Part shown: positions 26,361 to 38,100 of the stretch, in pieces
How the letters are laid out: each line of letters opens with the position of its first letter
Numbering within the stretch: the stretch's first letter is position 1
Assembly (NCBI RefSeq): GCF_036321535.1
Contig: NC_087440.1
Span: forward strand, 32,302,001 to 32,366,000
Origin: Camelus dromedarius
Lineage: Eukaryota
Direction: 5' to 3'
DNA length: 64,000 nt
Position numbers and translations under genes: made by a program
The notes under the pieces: model-generated
The model's input: the letters and a program-made list of their open reading frames with translations, nothing else
Databases searched by the model: none
Told to the model about the DNA's origin: nothing

Positions 26361-29300
26361 TTAGAACTTGCTAGTATAGAGGGTCATAGCCCACTTGGGC
26401 ACTCGGAGGAAGCTGGGCAAGTAGGAGGCCAGCCAGCCCAGGCTGGAGACACGGGAGAGAATGAAGCTCAAAGACAAATAGTCTTGGATGGGGCGGCCTG
26501 CAGATCACAGGAAGGGAAGAAGGGTTAGACTCTGGTTTCCCACTCCTCAGACACCCCCACCCTGGCTGAAGAGACTGAGTGGGATGTGAGGGAGGAAGGA
26601 ACGGGGAGACAGGGTGGGAGAAGTGAGTAGGGAACAGAACGAAGAGAGGTCCAGGCTGGGGCCGGGCCAGAGCTCTTACCATTGACGTCCTGAAGGCCAT
26701 AGCGCCGAGCGAGGTCACAGGACGGCAGCACCTTCCCACTCAGGCGTAGGATATTGGGGTCTGTGGGCACACAGACAGCTGAGATGGCGTGGGAGTGGCG
26801 CAGGGTGACCAGGCTTGGGCCCGATGGCACGGGGCGCCACTGAGACAGGCTTAGGAGCCCAGAATCATTTCTCTCTGTTCTAGGAAGGTTCCTGAGCCTC
26901 TTGCTCCTGGCCACACAGGCCTAGTTTCTGAGGCTCCCACTCCTCAAACTGGGCATTGGACCCTCTGGGTCTCCAAAAGGCAGAGGAGGGCGTATTTCTC
27001 AACCACATCCTGAGCCAGGACCTAGAAGTACCTGCCACCACCCTGCAGATCTTCTATGCCCTTTCTTGTTACCAGCTGCCCCCAACCTCATCACCTGTTG
27101 CCAAAGCCACCACACATTTGCCACTCATTTCTGTAGTCTCCGCAGATGAGAACTGAGATCTGATCTGAAACACAAGGGCAGAGAAGTGAGGGGTTAATTT
27201 CCAAGAGAACTGCCCAGTACCTTCCCAGTTTCAGCTTCTGTTCCAGAAGAGAGAGGCCCTCATCACTGCACCTGCAGAACTCAGCATCTTGGGTGGTGCA
27301 GGAGTGACTCCTCCCGACATCCAGCGAGCCCTGTAGCCCGACACCAGGACCCACTGCCTTTCCGCCTTTCCTAAGTGTAAAGATGTGGGGATGCCAACTA
27401 CATCTGGACCTTCTAGATTAGTTCAGGGCAGAGGCTTTGGAGTGGGACAGTCTTCCTACACAGGGCATCCGTGACCTTCAGCAAGCTGCTTAAGCTCCCT
27501 GAGTTTCAGTTTCACCAACTGTGAAATGGAGATACCATCTCCCTTACAGGATTAAAGGACATAACAGGTGTCGGTGCTCACGCTGCGCCTGCCACAATAA
27601 GCACCTGGGCATTTACCCTTTGTTGTTCCTGCCATGTCGTTGCGGATGGAAAGGCCGATTCCCTGCAATCTCTGCCACCCTTGCCCTCCCTTTGCTAACC
27701 TGCTCAACCAGCGGATCAGCGGTGCTGTCTCCCTTCATCGCCTGTTCCTTCATCAGTTCTGTCTGTACAAACCCGGGCCACAGAGAGACGTAGCTGACTC
27801 CATGGCGCCGCAGCTCGTGGGCACAGTCAGCAGCCAGCCTGTCGCACTGAGAGGGTCAGAAGGCCAGGTGAGAACCAGGGCACCTGGTCATGTCACCTTC
27901 CTCCCCTGCCTTCCCTGTTTCTGTCGAGGATGCCCCAGACCCTTGGTCTTCCCAGAAGCCCGGGAGCCAGGGATCAGCTGTCCACTTTCCCCAGTGCACT
28001 GCCTACGCAGGCCAGCCAAGAGGGCCCCAGGCAAAGGAACTGTCCATGCAGGGGCAGAGGCAGAGGTGAGGGCCAGTCAGCCTTACCACTCTCACTGAGG
28101 ACTGTTATCTCCTGAGCTATGGGTACCATCCCTGCCCTATACCTCCCAATCCCTGTGCCATTGGGCCTCACCGCAGCTTTGCCCACACCATAGGGGACGT
28201 TGATGAAATAGTGCAGCCCCCCAATGGAGGAGATGACCACGATGAGCCCCCGGCCAGCTGGTACCATCAGCCGTGCGCCATACACCGAGCACAAGTAGTG
28301 GCCTCTAGAAGGTGGGGCAAAGGAAGAGAAGAAATGAAACACATTCAGGGCTGTTTAAGGAAGCTTCTTCTGCCCCCTAGTCATTTCTCAGCTGGGAGAA
28401 CACAGCATAGGGCAGCTGCAAAGCTGGTGAATCAAGGGCTTGAGGCCACACTCTGAGAAAGACGCTGATAAAATCAACCACCAACGGATGAGAAATGGCC
28501 ATCTTTAGAAGACATCATGGAAGAAACAGCAGTAACAGAACTTAAATAGTCTGGGGGATAAAACATAATAAATAAATGATCTACAAGGGAAAACTATAAA
28601 GTTCTATTTAATATAAAAGAACAAGTACAGATATAATTTGTTTAGAAGAATCAGCATATAAAACATCAGTGCTACTTAAATTAATCCATAGATTCAGTCA
28701 ATTTGAGTTATATCTCAGACTTCTGAAGAAATAGACAAAATAATCTAAGAGAATAAATAGGCAATGAGAATGTGGGAGAATAGCCGGGAAGACTCTGAAA
28801 AAGGAAGGATAATATCTTGTGGGTGAGAGGGATATGCTCCCCTCCCCTCGCCACCCTGCACTAAAATATACAATGACGTGACAGTTAAAAGAGTGCAGGA
28901 CTGTTATAAGAGCACGCAGGTAAGCCAATGAAACAAAACAGTCAATAATTAACCCAAGCGTAAATGCGAATTCAGCAAATTATAAAGGGAACATTTCAAA
29001 CCAATGAGGGGAGATGTACCATTTAGCAAATGGATTTGGGACAACTGGTCAGTTATTTAGTGGGTGGGACTGGCTCTCTACCTCATTTATTATTTTAAAA
29101 TGCATTCCAAAAATATTTGAATATTAAAAAAATGAATGTACAAAAGCAGTAAAAGAAAGCATGACAATGTGTTCATAAACCTGAGGTGGGGAAGCCTGTC
29201 TCCATATCACACTGAGACGGAAACTTGACTTCTAAACAGTAAGACATATATACATAGATGTACAAACACATACGTGTATATACATTTAGGTATGCATAGA

Positions 29301-32300
29301 TAGCTGTGGAAGGCACGCGTGCAAACAATGAGTAATAAATTGGGGGAAATATTTGTAAAATACACATCAAAGGAATCTATTCTACAAAAATCTCTTATAA
29401 ATTGATGTGAAAACACTAATTAAATAACACAAAGAACAACTCACAAAAGAATAAGGAGCCAATAATAAAAGAAAAAAAAGCTCAACTTTTCAAATACTAA
29501 AGAAATGTGAATTAAAAAAACACCTTCAGAGATCTTTGGCCCATTAGAGTAGCAGAACTTGCCTGATCTCCTGGCCTGATATGTCTCGTATGACCGAGGA
29601 CACAGGGAAACAGATGTTCTCCTTCACTGTCCAGAGCTTATAAATTGGTGGGGTCTTTTTGGAGTTTGATAATATTTATTACATCTTTAAGACGTACCTA
29701 AGAATTCCACTACTGCAACAGATAAAGGGTTTGATCAATGAATTATGGTATCTCCTCCCAGTGGAAAATTTAAAAGAATGGCAGAATATATACTAGGCTA
29801 TTAACAGTATACCATGCTTCAGGCAAGGGAGGAAGGGGTGGCGAGGAGGAGAATGAGATTATACTGGTCTTCACAGTATATTTTAAAAAAAATACATGAG
29901 AAAATCCTTTTTTTTGTGTGTGGGAAACAGGACCCTCCAAATGAAAACAAGTAGAGAAAGTTATGGAATCAAAAGGAAGCTCAGCCTAAGGTAAAGCAGA
30001 GGAGAGGCACAGTGAATGTGTGTGTGGGAGGTGAGAGGAGGTGCCACTGAGCTTCCAAGAGGCTCACAGAGTGAACTTCACCTTGGAGAATTCATCAGGG
30101 CTCAGGGGCCGGGGTCTGGGCCTTTGCCTTGTAGGCTCAAGACCCTGACCGGCAAGAGATGAGAGTGTGCAAAATGGCTTAAAGACTTAAATATAAAATA
30201 TGACACCATAAAACTCCTAGAAGAGAAAGTAGGCAAAACACCCTCTGACATAAATCATAGCAATGTTTCTGTAGGTCAGTCCCCCAGGGCAATAGAAATA
30301 AAAGCAAAAATAAATAAATGGGACCTAATCAAACTTAAAAGTTTTTACACAGCAAAGGAAACTATAAAACAAAAAGACAACCTACCGACTGGGAGAAAAT
30401 ATTTGCAAACTATGCAACCCACAAAGGCTTAATTTCTAAAATATACAAACAGCTCATACAACTCAGTATCAAAAAAACAAACAACCCAGTCACAAAATGG
30501 GCAGAAGACCTAAACAGACATTTCTCCAAAAAAGACATACAGATGGCCAACAGGCACATGAAAAGATGCTCAACATCGCTAAGTATTAGAAATAAGCAAG
30601 TCAAAACTACAGTGAGGTATCACCTCACACCAGTCACAATGGCCATCATCAAAAAGTNNNNNNNNNNNNNNNNNNNNNNNNNNNNNNNNNNNNNNNNNNN
30701 NNNNNNNNNNNNNNNNNNNNNNNNNNNNNNNNNNNNNNNNNNNNNNNNNNNNNNNNNNNNNNNNNNNNNNNNNNNNNNNNNNNNNNNNNNNNNNNNNNNN
30801 NNNNNNNNNNNNNNNNNNNNNNNNNNNAGGGAACTCTAATTTGAAAAGATACATGCATCCCAATGTTCACAGCACTATTTACAATAGCCAAGACATGGAA
30901 ACAACTTAAATGTGAACTGAATAAAGAAGCTGTGGTATATTTATACAATGGAATAGTACTCAGCCATAAAAAATAAAAAATAATGCCATGTGCAGCAACA
31001 TGGATGGACCTGGAGATGGTCATTCTAAGTGAAGTAAGCCAGAAAGAGGAAGAAAAATACCATATGATACCACTCACATGTGGAATCTAAAAAGAAAGAA
31101 AGAAAGAAAGAAAAAGGACACTATAAACTCATCTACAAAACAGAAACAGACTCGCAGACATAGAAAACAAACTCATGGTAATGGGGGGAAAGGGGTTGGG
31201 AAGGGATAACTTGCGAGTTCAAGATTTGCAGATACCAACTACTATATATAAAATAGATAAATAACAAGTTTCTACTGTATAGCACAGGGAACTATAGTCA
31301 ATATCTTGTAGTAACCTACAATGAAAAAGAACATGAAAAGGAATCTATGTATGTATATATATGACTGAAACATTATGCTGAACACCAGAAATTGACACTA
31401 TATTGTAAACTGACTATACTTCAATACTTTAAAAAAAAAAAGTGGAGAAAAAAGAGAGATGAAAGTGTGGAAGGCCCCTCTCTTTGGAGGGCTAAGGATA
31501 TACTCATTGCCAATTTCCAGCTCTTGGGTTTTCTTTTCTTGACTCTTAGCTGACCATCCCTCTCTGTCCTCATAACCTTAATTCCACTTTGGAAATCACA
31601 ATTGGATTCTAATCCTGCTGCCCTGGGATTGCCACTAGAAGCCTTGGGTGTTCTTAAACGCTTTAGACAAGAAATTTGCATATAATGGATGGGTGACCCA
31701 CACAGGTGGCTGATCACATCCATGCAGTGTAGTTTCTGAGAGGGTACTACAGTTCCAACAATAAACACAGACATAACTGGTGTATATCATGCTAGGTGAA
31801 CTCTAAATGCTGCGTTTCATCTCACTCCTGTGCCAGATGTATGTGTAACCCCATGACACCCCTCCCTCCCAGCCTGGACCTAGGAGTGCCTCTCCTGTGG
31901 GTCTGGAGTGAGGGGGTGGAGGCTAAGATGGTGAGCACTCACTTTCTTACTGACCTTGTCCTGATGTAAAACAAAACAGTTTCTTCCTCTAATCATCTAG
32001 AAATGTTGACTACAGATGGTATGCTCTATTGAGGGAAAGAGGCTCCCTTCTGGGTCATGCGTTTGGATGGGCAGTGAGGCAGGAGAGAGGGCAAGGGCAA
32101 GTTCAGATGAGAATTACTGACAGAAACAAGGCAAAAATTAACTTTCATGGCTACATATTCACCTAGATGAAACTTCTTCAGAGGTTAGAGGACAAATGGG
32201 ACAGAAGGGAGAAGAAAGAGACAAGGAAGCACAAGGAGACAAGGAGACAAGGAGACAAGAGGGAAAGGAGAGGACACCTGGGGAAAGGTCTGGGCCCTCA

Positions 32301-34050
32301 GCTTGGCTGAGTGAGTGAGGGGAGCCCAGGCCCTTGGGGTGGGGCGGGGAGGGGAACACCCACCTAAGCCCAACATTGTTGATATCATCCCAGATGGAGG
32401 CGGGGCTTTCCCAGAATGCCTTCTTAGTGTTGTTGAGGATCACCTGGAAGGCACAGGGAGCGTGATGACTAGGACAATCTGAAGGCCGGAAGGTATGGGG
32501 GGCTGGACAATGGAAGGGACAATGAATGGGGATGAGGACTCAGAGGTCACAGGGGAAAGGCAGGTGTGTGGAGCTGAAGTCAAAGTTCACAGAGCACCTG
32601 GACCCCAGCATAGGCGTTGTTGACCAGCACATCCAGACGCCCATGCTGTTCTTGAGCCACCTGTTCAAACAGGCTTCGCACTTCACTCTCCTGACTTGAA
32701 TCGCATACCACAGGCATACATCGGCCCCCTCGAGATTGCGCCTGGAGAGGGACAGAGGGGATATGAGCTCAGTTGCACACGAGTGTGAGACCTACACAGC
32801 TCCCCTCAACTTCCAGCTTGGGTGTTGAGAAGACAATAAGGAATCACAGCCAGCAGCTGAAGGAACATGGTGGGCAATACTGCCCTCTGGTGTCTTTTTG
32901 AGGAGTTTCAGGAATGCTAGGTCCTCTCATCGTAGAGCAAGGTGGATGGGCATCTCAGGTTTAAAATCTACAGACATTTACTGAGGCCCACCATGTGCAA
33001 GGCACTGTATTCTGCATGTGGAGGGTGAGGGACAAATAAGGCTTGGAGGCTGCTCTTGAGAAACAAGTATCTTTTTCCTTGTTCTTACGGGCCCTTAGCT
33101 ACCACCCTTCACCACTCATGTGGAATCCCTAGTCAATCCCAGCCCTCTCAACCTTACTCCACCAATATTCCTGCCTGTTAAGTGAGAGATCAAAGTTCTC
33201 AGACACAAACTACTACTTCCTGACCTGCCTCACCCTCTACAAATGTGCTCCCATCCTCTAACTTCAGAGAAAGTAGAGTACCTTATTCAAGAACAATCCT
33301 CATATTCTCCAGATCCATGCTCTGGGTCCCACTCTCTGGCCTCCATGCCTAACTGCTCACCCACACTTCCAGACAATTCTGTGCACAGTTCTTACTTACC
33401 ATATTCACATTAATTACTCATCTCTTATCACTTACTTTACTCACATCCCATTGAAATGATTCATTTCTGCCTTAGACTTCTTGCTGGACTCTATCTTTTA
33501 AGAGCAGAAGTTATGTCTTACTAATCTTGGTAATCCCAGTGCTTCACCTGGTGCTTAGCAAATCAAATGCACCTCGATATTTATTTAATTGAAATCCAGT
33601 AGAAAAATCAAGTGAAAATGTACAATTCAACAAAGTCTTATCAAAAATAGAGAAAAAAACACAGGTCCACAACTTTTCAGATGCCACTCTAAACTTCCTG
33701 AAGCTTTTAAAATAAAAAATTCCCTCCGTAGCAAAATATGACCTAATCTGAAGATATTTATGAGTTTTATTTATCCTGCTTTGAATAAATAAATATTCAC
33801 ATTTATTTAGGAATATTATGGTGTCAGGTAAGAGGAGTGGTTAATGGGAAGGGCTCCCTCAGGTGGTTTCCGCCCCTGGGGTCCCAGAGGAAGCACTCAC
33901 TTCCTGAGCAGTGGCCTGCAGCGTGTCCAGATGGCGGCCAGTGATGTAAACTGTGGCACCTGCTTGGCAGAGCTGTAAAGCGATGCCGCGGCCAATACCC
34001 CTGGAAGCACCAGTCACCACACACACTTGGCCCTTCATGGGAGCTGCCAT
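26361..34050 (-). CDS. DHRS1: Dehydrogenase/reductase SDR family member 1, complete, 313 aa
   Basis: Exons (minus): 33901-34050, 32598-32741, 32364-32443, 28172-28304, 27700-27846, 27095-27164, 26680-26760, 26361-26497. Sum is 942 nt. TGASRGIG cofactor motif, NNA motif, catalytic S and YGVGK intact; ends LYTSKF*. Confidence 0.98.
28520..29900 (+). mobile_element. Old degraded L1 (L1M-type ORF2/3' fragments) in a DHRS1 intron
   Basis: A-rich plus strand with ORF2-like blocks ('gatctacaagggaaaactataaag', 'tttagcaaatggatttgggacaactgg'). Confidence 0.7.
30170..31454 (+). mobile_element. Young 5'-truncated cetartiodactyl L1 (ORF2 3' end + 3'UTR + A tail), antisense to DHRS1
   Basis: 'aaaactcctagaagagaaagtaggc', 'tcacctcacaccagtcacaatggccatcatc' and a typical 3'UTR. 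TSD AGAGATGA(G/A)AGTGTG at 30155-30169 and 31455-31469 (14/15). Contains the N-run 30658-30827. Confidence 0.93.
32876..32895 (-). promoter_or_regulatory. Candidate CTCF site in a DHRS1 intron
   Basis: Minus strand reads GACACCAGAGGGCAGTATT. Confidence 0.5.
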
Positions 34051-34199
34051 GACTCACAAGCAAAAGGGTTAAATCTGTGGAAGCAAAGACTTGCTCTGAG
34101 AAAAGCCTGCAGATTGTGTACGTGGAAGGGGGATCCTGACAATGGTAGGAGGTGGAACCAAGGTTGAGATCCTTTGACGGGAGATAAGTTTCAGAAGGG

Positions 34200-35100
34200 G
34201 ATAACTAGGGCAGGCCCCAGGACAAGGCTGGATGTTCCTTCTGAGAGGTAAAGGACTGAAGAAAGAGGCTGCGGGGGGGTGCTGTCCAGGCCGGCCACCT
34301 ACTGGAACTCTGGGTGGTGGACTGTGGCCCGGCAGTCCGTCCCGGCGCGTCCATGCAGAGTCCTGGGCTATCTGGGGCTATGACCGCAGGCTCGGAGGCG
34401 CGGCTTCCGTGTCGGGAGTGGGCTCGAGTCCCCGGGACCCTGAGTCCGAAGTGTAAGGAGCTCATGCCTCTTACCTACCACCTTATGCTGCCGCTAGAGT
34501 CCTCGGGCCGCCTCTCTCGCAAAGTTCTCGGAGTCAAGGACTTTAATTCTGGCCGAGGGGGAGGGACGAGGTGACAACGACGGGGTCAGAGTACGAGGCT
34601 GGGGTCGAAGTCCGTGTCTGGAGCGGTTTCACCTGGCGACACGGACAGGAAAGTCAAACAGCTCCCTGCGCGTCGGATTCGGGGCCGGGGCGATTCGGCG
34701 ACAACCACGCCCACCCTAGGTGGGCCGTCGCCGGCTTATGACGTGTAACACTGCGCCCTGAGCGCGCCGGCGTGTCTAAACTCGGCCAGGCCCCGTCCTG
34801 TACCGGGCTGTGTGAGGTTTCCCCTGCGACCAAGGAATCTTTCGCCCACGAAGAGGACCCAAAGCACCCATGGGGCTGGGTCCGCGCTCCCCCCACCAGG
34901 CAGGGCGCCGGTTCCCAGCTGGAGGCAAACGAGGGCGCGGGGCCAAGGGGTCGGGGCGTCCCCCAGCAGGCCGCCAGCGACCACCCTGCCCGCCTCCGGA
35001 CGGGCGCTCGGAGCCGGCTCCAGATGCATACCCTCACCTGAGCCCGGAAGCTCTGGGGTATTTCCGCCGGGCACTATCGGCGCTGAAAGAGGCCCCCGAG
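34200..35100. promoter_or_regulatory. CpG-island bidirectional promoter of DHRS1 (minus) and NOP9 (plus)
   Basis: DHRS1 non-coding exon donor TAG|GTAAG at 34475 (acceptor 34074) and NOP9 ATG at 34870 are under 400 nt apart; CpG-rich; ATGACGTG CRE-like motif at ~34738. Confidence 0.85.
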
Positions 35101-38100
35101 ACGGGAGAAGAACGAGGTAGGGAGCAACTTCGGGGTGGGTCAAGGGATGGATTAGTTGGTCATATAATCCAGGACAGGCAAGGAAATGTTCGTGGGTCCT
35201 CAGGGTGTGGGGACCTAGTTTCATCTCCTGTATCCTCTTCTTCACTCGTCGCCCCTTGGTTAAGTAATGGGACATAATCTTATCCTCCTCGCATTCTCTT
35301 TGATATATTCCTTGTTTTTCCAGAGCTGATGGTGCACAACATTTTGAAAGAAGTGGAGGCTCAGGCCCTAGCCTTGGCCACAAACAGGACCGGTAGTGAG
35401 ATGCTGCAGGAACTGTTGGGGTTCAGTCCCCTGAAATCGTTGTGTCGAGTATGGGCTGCTCTGCGCTCCGACTTGCGTTTTGTGGCCTGTCATCGATGCG
35501 GGGTCCATGTATTGCAAAGTGCTTTGCTGCAGCTGCCTCGATTGCTAGGGAGCCCTGCAGAGGAAGAAGAGGAGGAGGAGGAGGAAGGGAAGGATGGTCC
35601 TTTGGAGACCCTAGAGGAGCTGGTCCTGGGACTAGCAGCAGAGGTGTGTGGTGATTTTCTTTTCTACTGTGGAGACACCCATGGCAGCTTCGTGGTCAGA
35701 ACTTTGCTGCAGGTATTGGGCGGGACTCTTCTGGAGTCTGAGAGAGCCAGGCACCGTGGCTCCCAGTCACCTGGTGAGTATTTCAAGAGAGGGATGTGGA
35801 CCTAGTGGGAAGGAGAAAATAAGCAGAAGAATATTTCTTCAGGACCTTGAAGAATTGGCAGAGAAAGAAGGACAGGGATACCAAGCCAAAGATTAGTGTG
35901 CATAGAGGCCCAGGGGTGAGGATGCATAGGCGTGTTTAGAGAATAGCTGTTAGAAGAATGGGGCCAAGGAAAAGAGGTAATTCATTCCAGCATTGGACTT
36001 CAGCCACAACTTACAGTAAGAAAAAAAGTTTTTTTAAATGTGACTCAACATACATATGTGTATATATACAAATATATTGCATGAGGTTTTTTTTTTTCTT
36101 TATATATACACACATATTGGAGTCAAGCAGAAGTTCAGGAAACAGTCCCCTTACTACATGCAACCCACTCTGATATTTTCTTTACTTTTATTCTATTCTG
36201 TTGTGTTCCATTAAAAAATGCTTGTTGAGACCCACTAAATTGATTTCATGATACACTCATAAGCAGCAACCTATATTTTGAAAAATGTTGGGAAATAACG
36301 TAGTGAGTTTAGGTGAGGCCTGATTTTGGAACACTTTGAATTCCTGGCTGAGGAGTTTGGACTATCACCTATGGGCCTGGTTGAAGTTTCTTAGAAAAAT
36401 TAAAACAGAAACGTAGTCTCTCAGTTCAATCATCCAGATGAGAAGAGACATTCAGTTGTACTGTATGTGTTCTGCATCTCCAAGCTGAATCCTTGTTCAG
36501 TTATGAAATTCTCCCTCCTGGATGGCAGTTTGTGATCTCACCACTGCATACGTTCTTTTTATCTATTTATTTATTTTTGTTGAAGTGTAGTTGGTTTACA
36601 ATGTTGTGTTAATTTCTGGTGTACTGAATAGTGATTCAGTCATACACATATGTATATATCGCACACATTCTTTTTTTTGTTCTTTTTATCGTGCACGTTC
36701 TTGATCTGCCTTCAGAAGCACAAAGGGCTCCAACTCGGGAATGTAAGCCAACTGATTTCGAGGTTCCTGAAACCTTCTTGAATTGCCTTCAGGACGTGAG
36801 CTCCTGCTTTCTGAAGGACATTGCTGGTAAGGAGGGAAATAGGAGGGTCTAGGGTCTACTTTTCTGGTGGTGATTGTCATCAGACAAGCCTCTTATTTTG
36901 AGCTGTTTTATTTGTCTTTTTTTTTTTTTTCTGTATAGACCACTTATGTCCAAAGTCCATTGTACCTTGTTGTTTGAGGTTGTACAGGTTGTCTGGATTT
37001 TGAGAAAGCTGCTTTTATTTCTGCCCTCTCCTCACAGTGTTTATCACTGACAAGATCTCCAGCTTCTGCCTTCAAGTGGCCTTACAGATCTTACACCGCA
37101 AACGGCCCCAGTGTTGTGCCCACCTCTGCAATGCTGTGATTGGCTACCTGAGTAGCCGCAATTCCTCAGCAGATGGCAGGTATGGGCAGGGCCTCAGGAT
37201 TGACCAAGGTTGATGGGCTGTGTGAAATGAATGACATGATGTGGGTATTTTATTTGTTTGTTTTAAAAGACAAAGGTTTTCATTTTGTTTAATTTTTTTG
37301 TCATTTTATTTTATTTTGTCCCGTTTTATTGAGATATGCTTGACATATGGCACTATATAAGTTTAATGTACATTATGTACAGCATAATTATTTGAGTTAC
37401 CTCATGAAATGATTACCACAGTAAGTTTAGTGAGCATTCATTGTCTCATATAGTTACAAAATTAAAGAAATAGAAAAAGAATTGTTTTCCTTGTGATGAG
37501 AACTCTTAGGATTTACTCTTAAAAGCTTTTATATAAACATGCAGTAGTGTTAGTTACATTTGCCATGTTGTACATCACACCCCTAGTATTTATTTATAAC
37601 TAAAAGTTTGTACCTTTTGACTGTCTTCATCCAGTTCCCCCTCTCCCATACCCTCCATCCCTCTGGTAACCGCAAATCAGATGTTTTTTCCTCTGAGTTG
37701 GTTTTTTTGTTTGGTTGGTTTTGAAGTATGATTGGCCTACAACACCATGTTAGTTCCGATCATATAACATAATGATTTGATATTCCAATACACTTCAAAA
37801 CGCTCACCATGATAAGTCCAGTGATGTGGGTATTTTGGATGAAGTGATCACCTCCTCCTTGTCCCCAGCCCCCTACTGTTATTTCTGCGTGATCAGACGA
37901 GCTCCAGACTCCTGGAGCAGGTGCTGCTGGTGTCAGAGCCCCCAAGGCTCCAGAGCCTCTTTGAGGATCACTTCCGAGGACAGCTGCAGACGCTGGCTGC
38001 ACATCCTATTGCCAACTTCCCTTTGCAGCGTTTACTGGATGCTATCACCACCCCTGAGCTGGTGAGTTGGGAACTTGGCTGAGTCTGTTTCTGTACTCTG

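Noticed and set aside
30543-31077. ORFs spanning the N-run
   Set aside because: L1 ORF2 fragments and antisense frames, artificially extended by Ns.
32200-32275. Short tandem (ACAAGGAG-A) purine repeat
   Set aside because: Simple intronic repeat without spacers; not CRISPR-like or otherwise informative.
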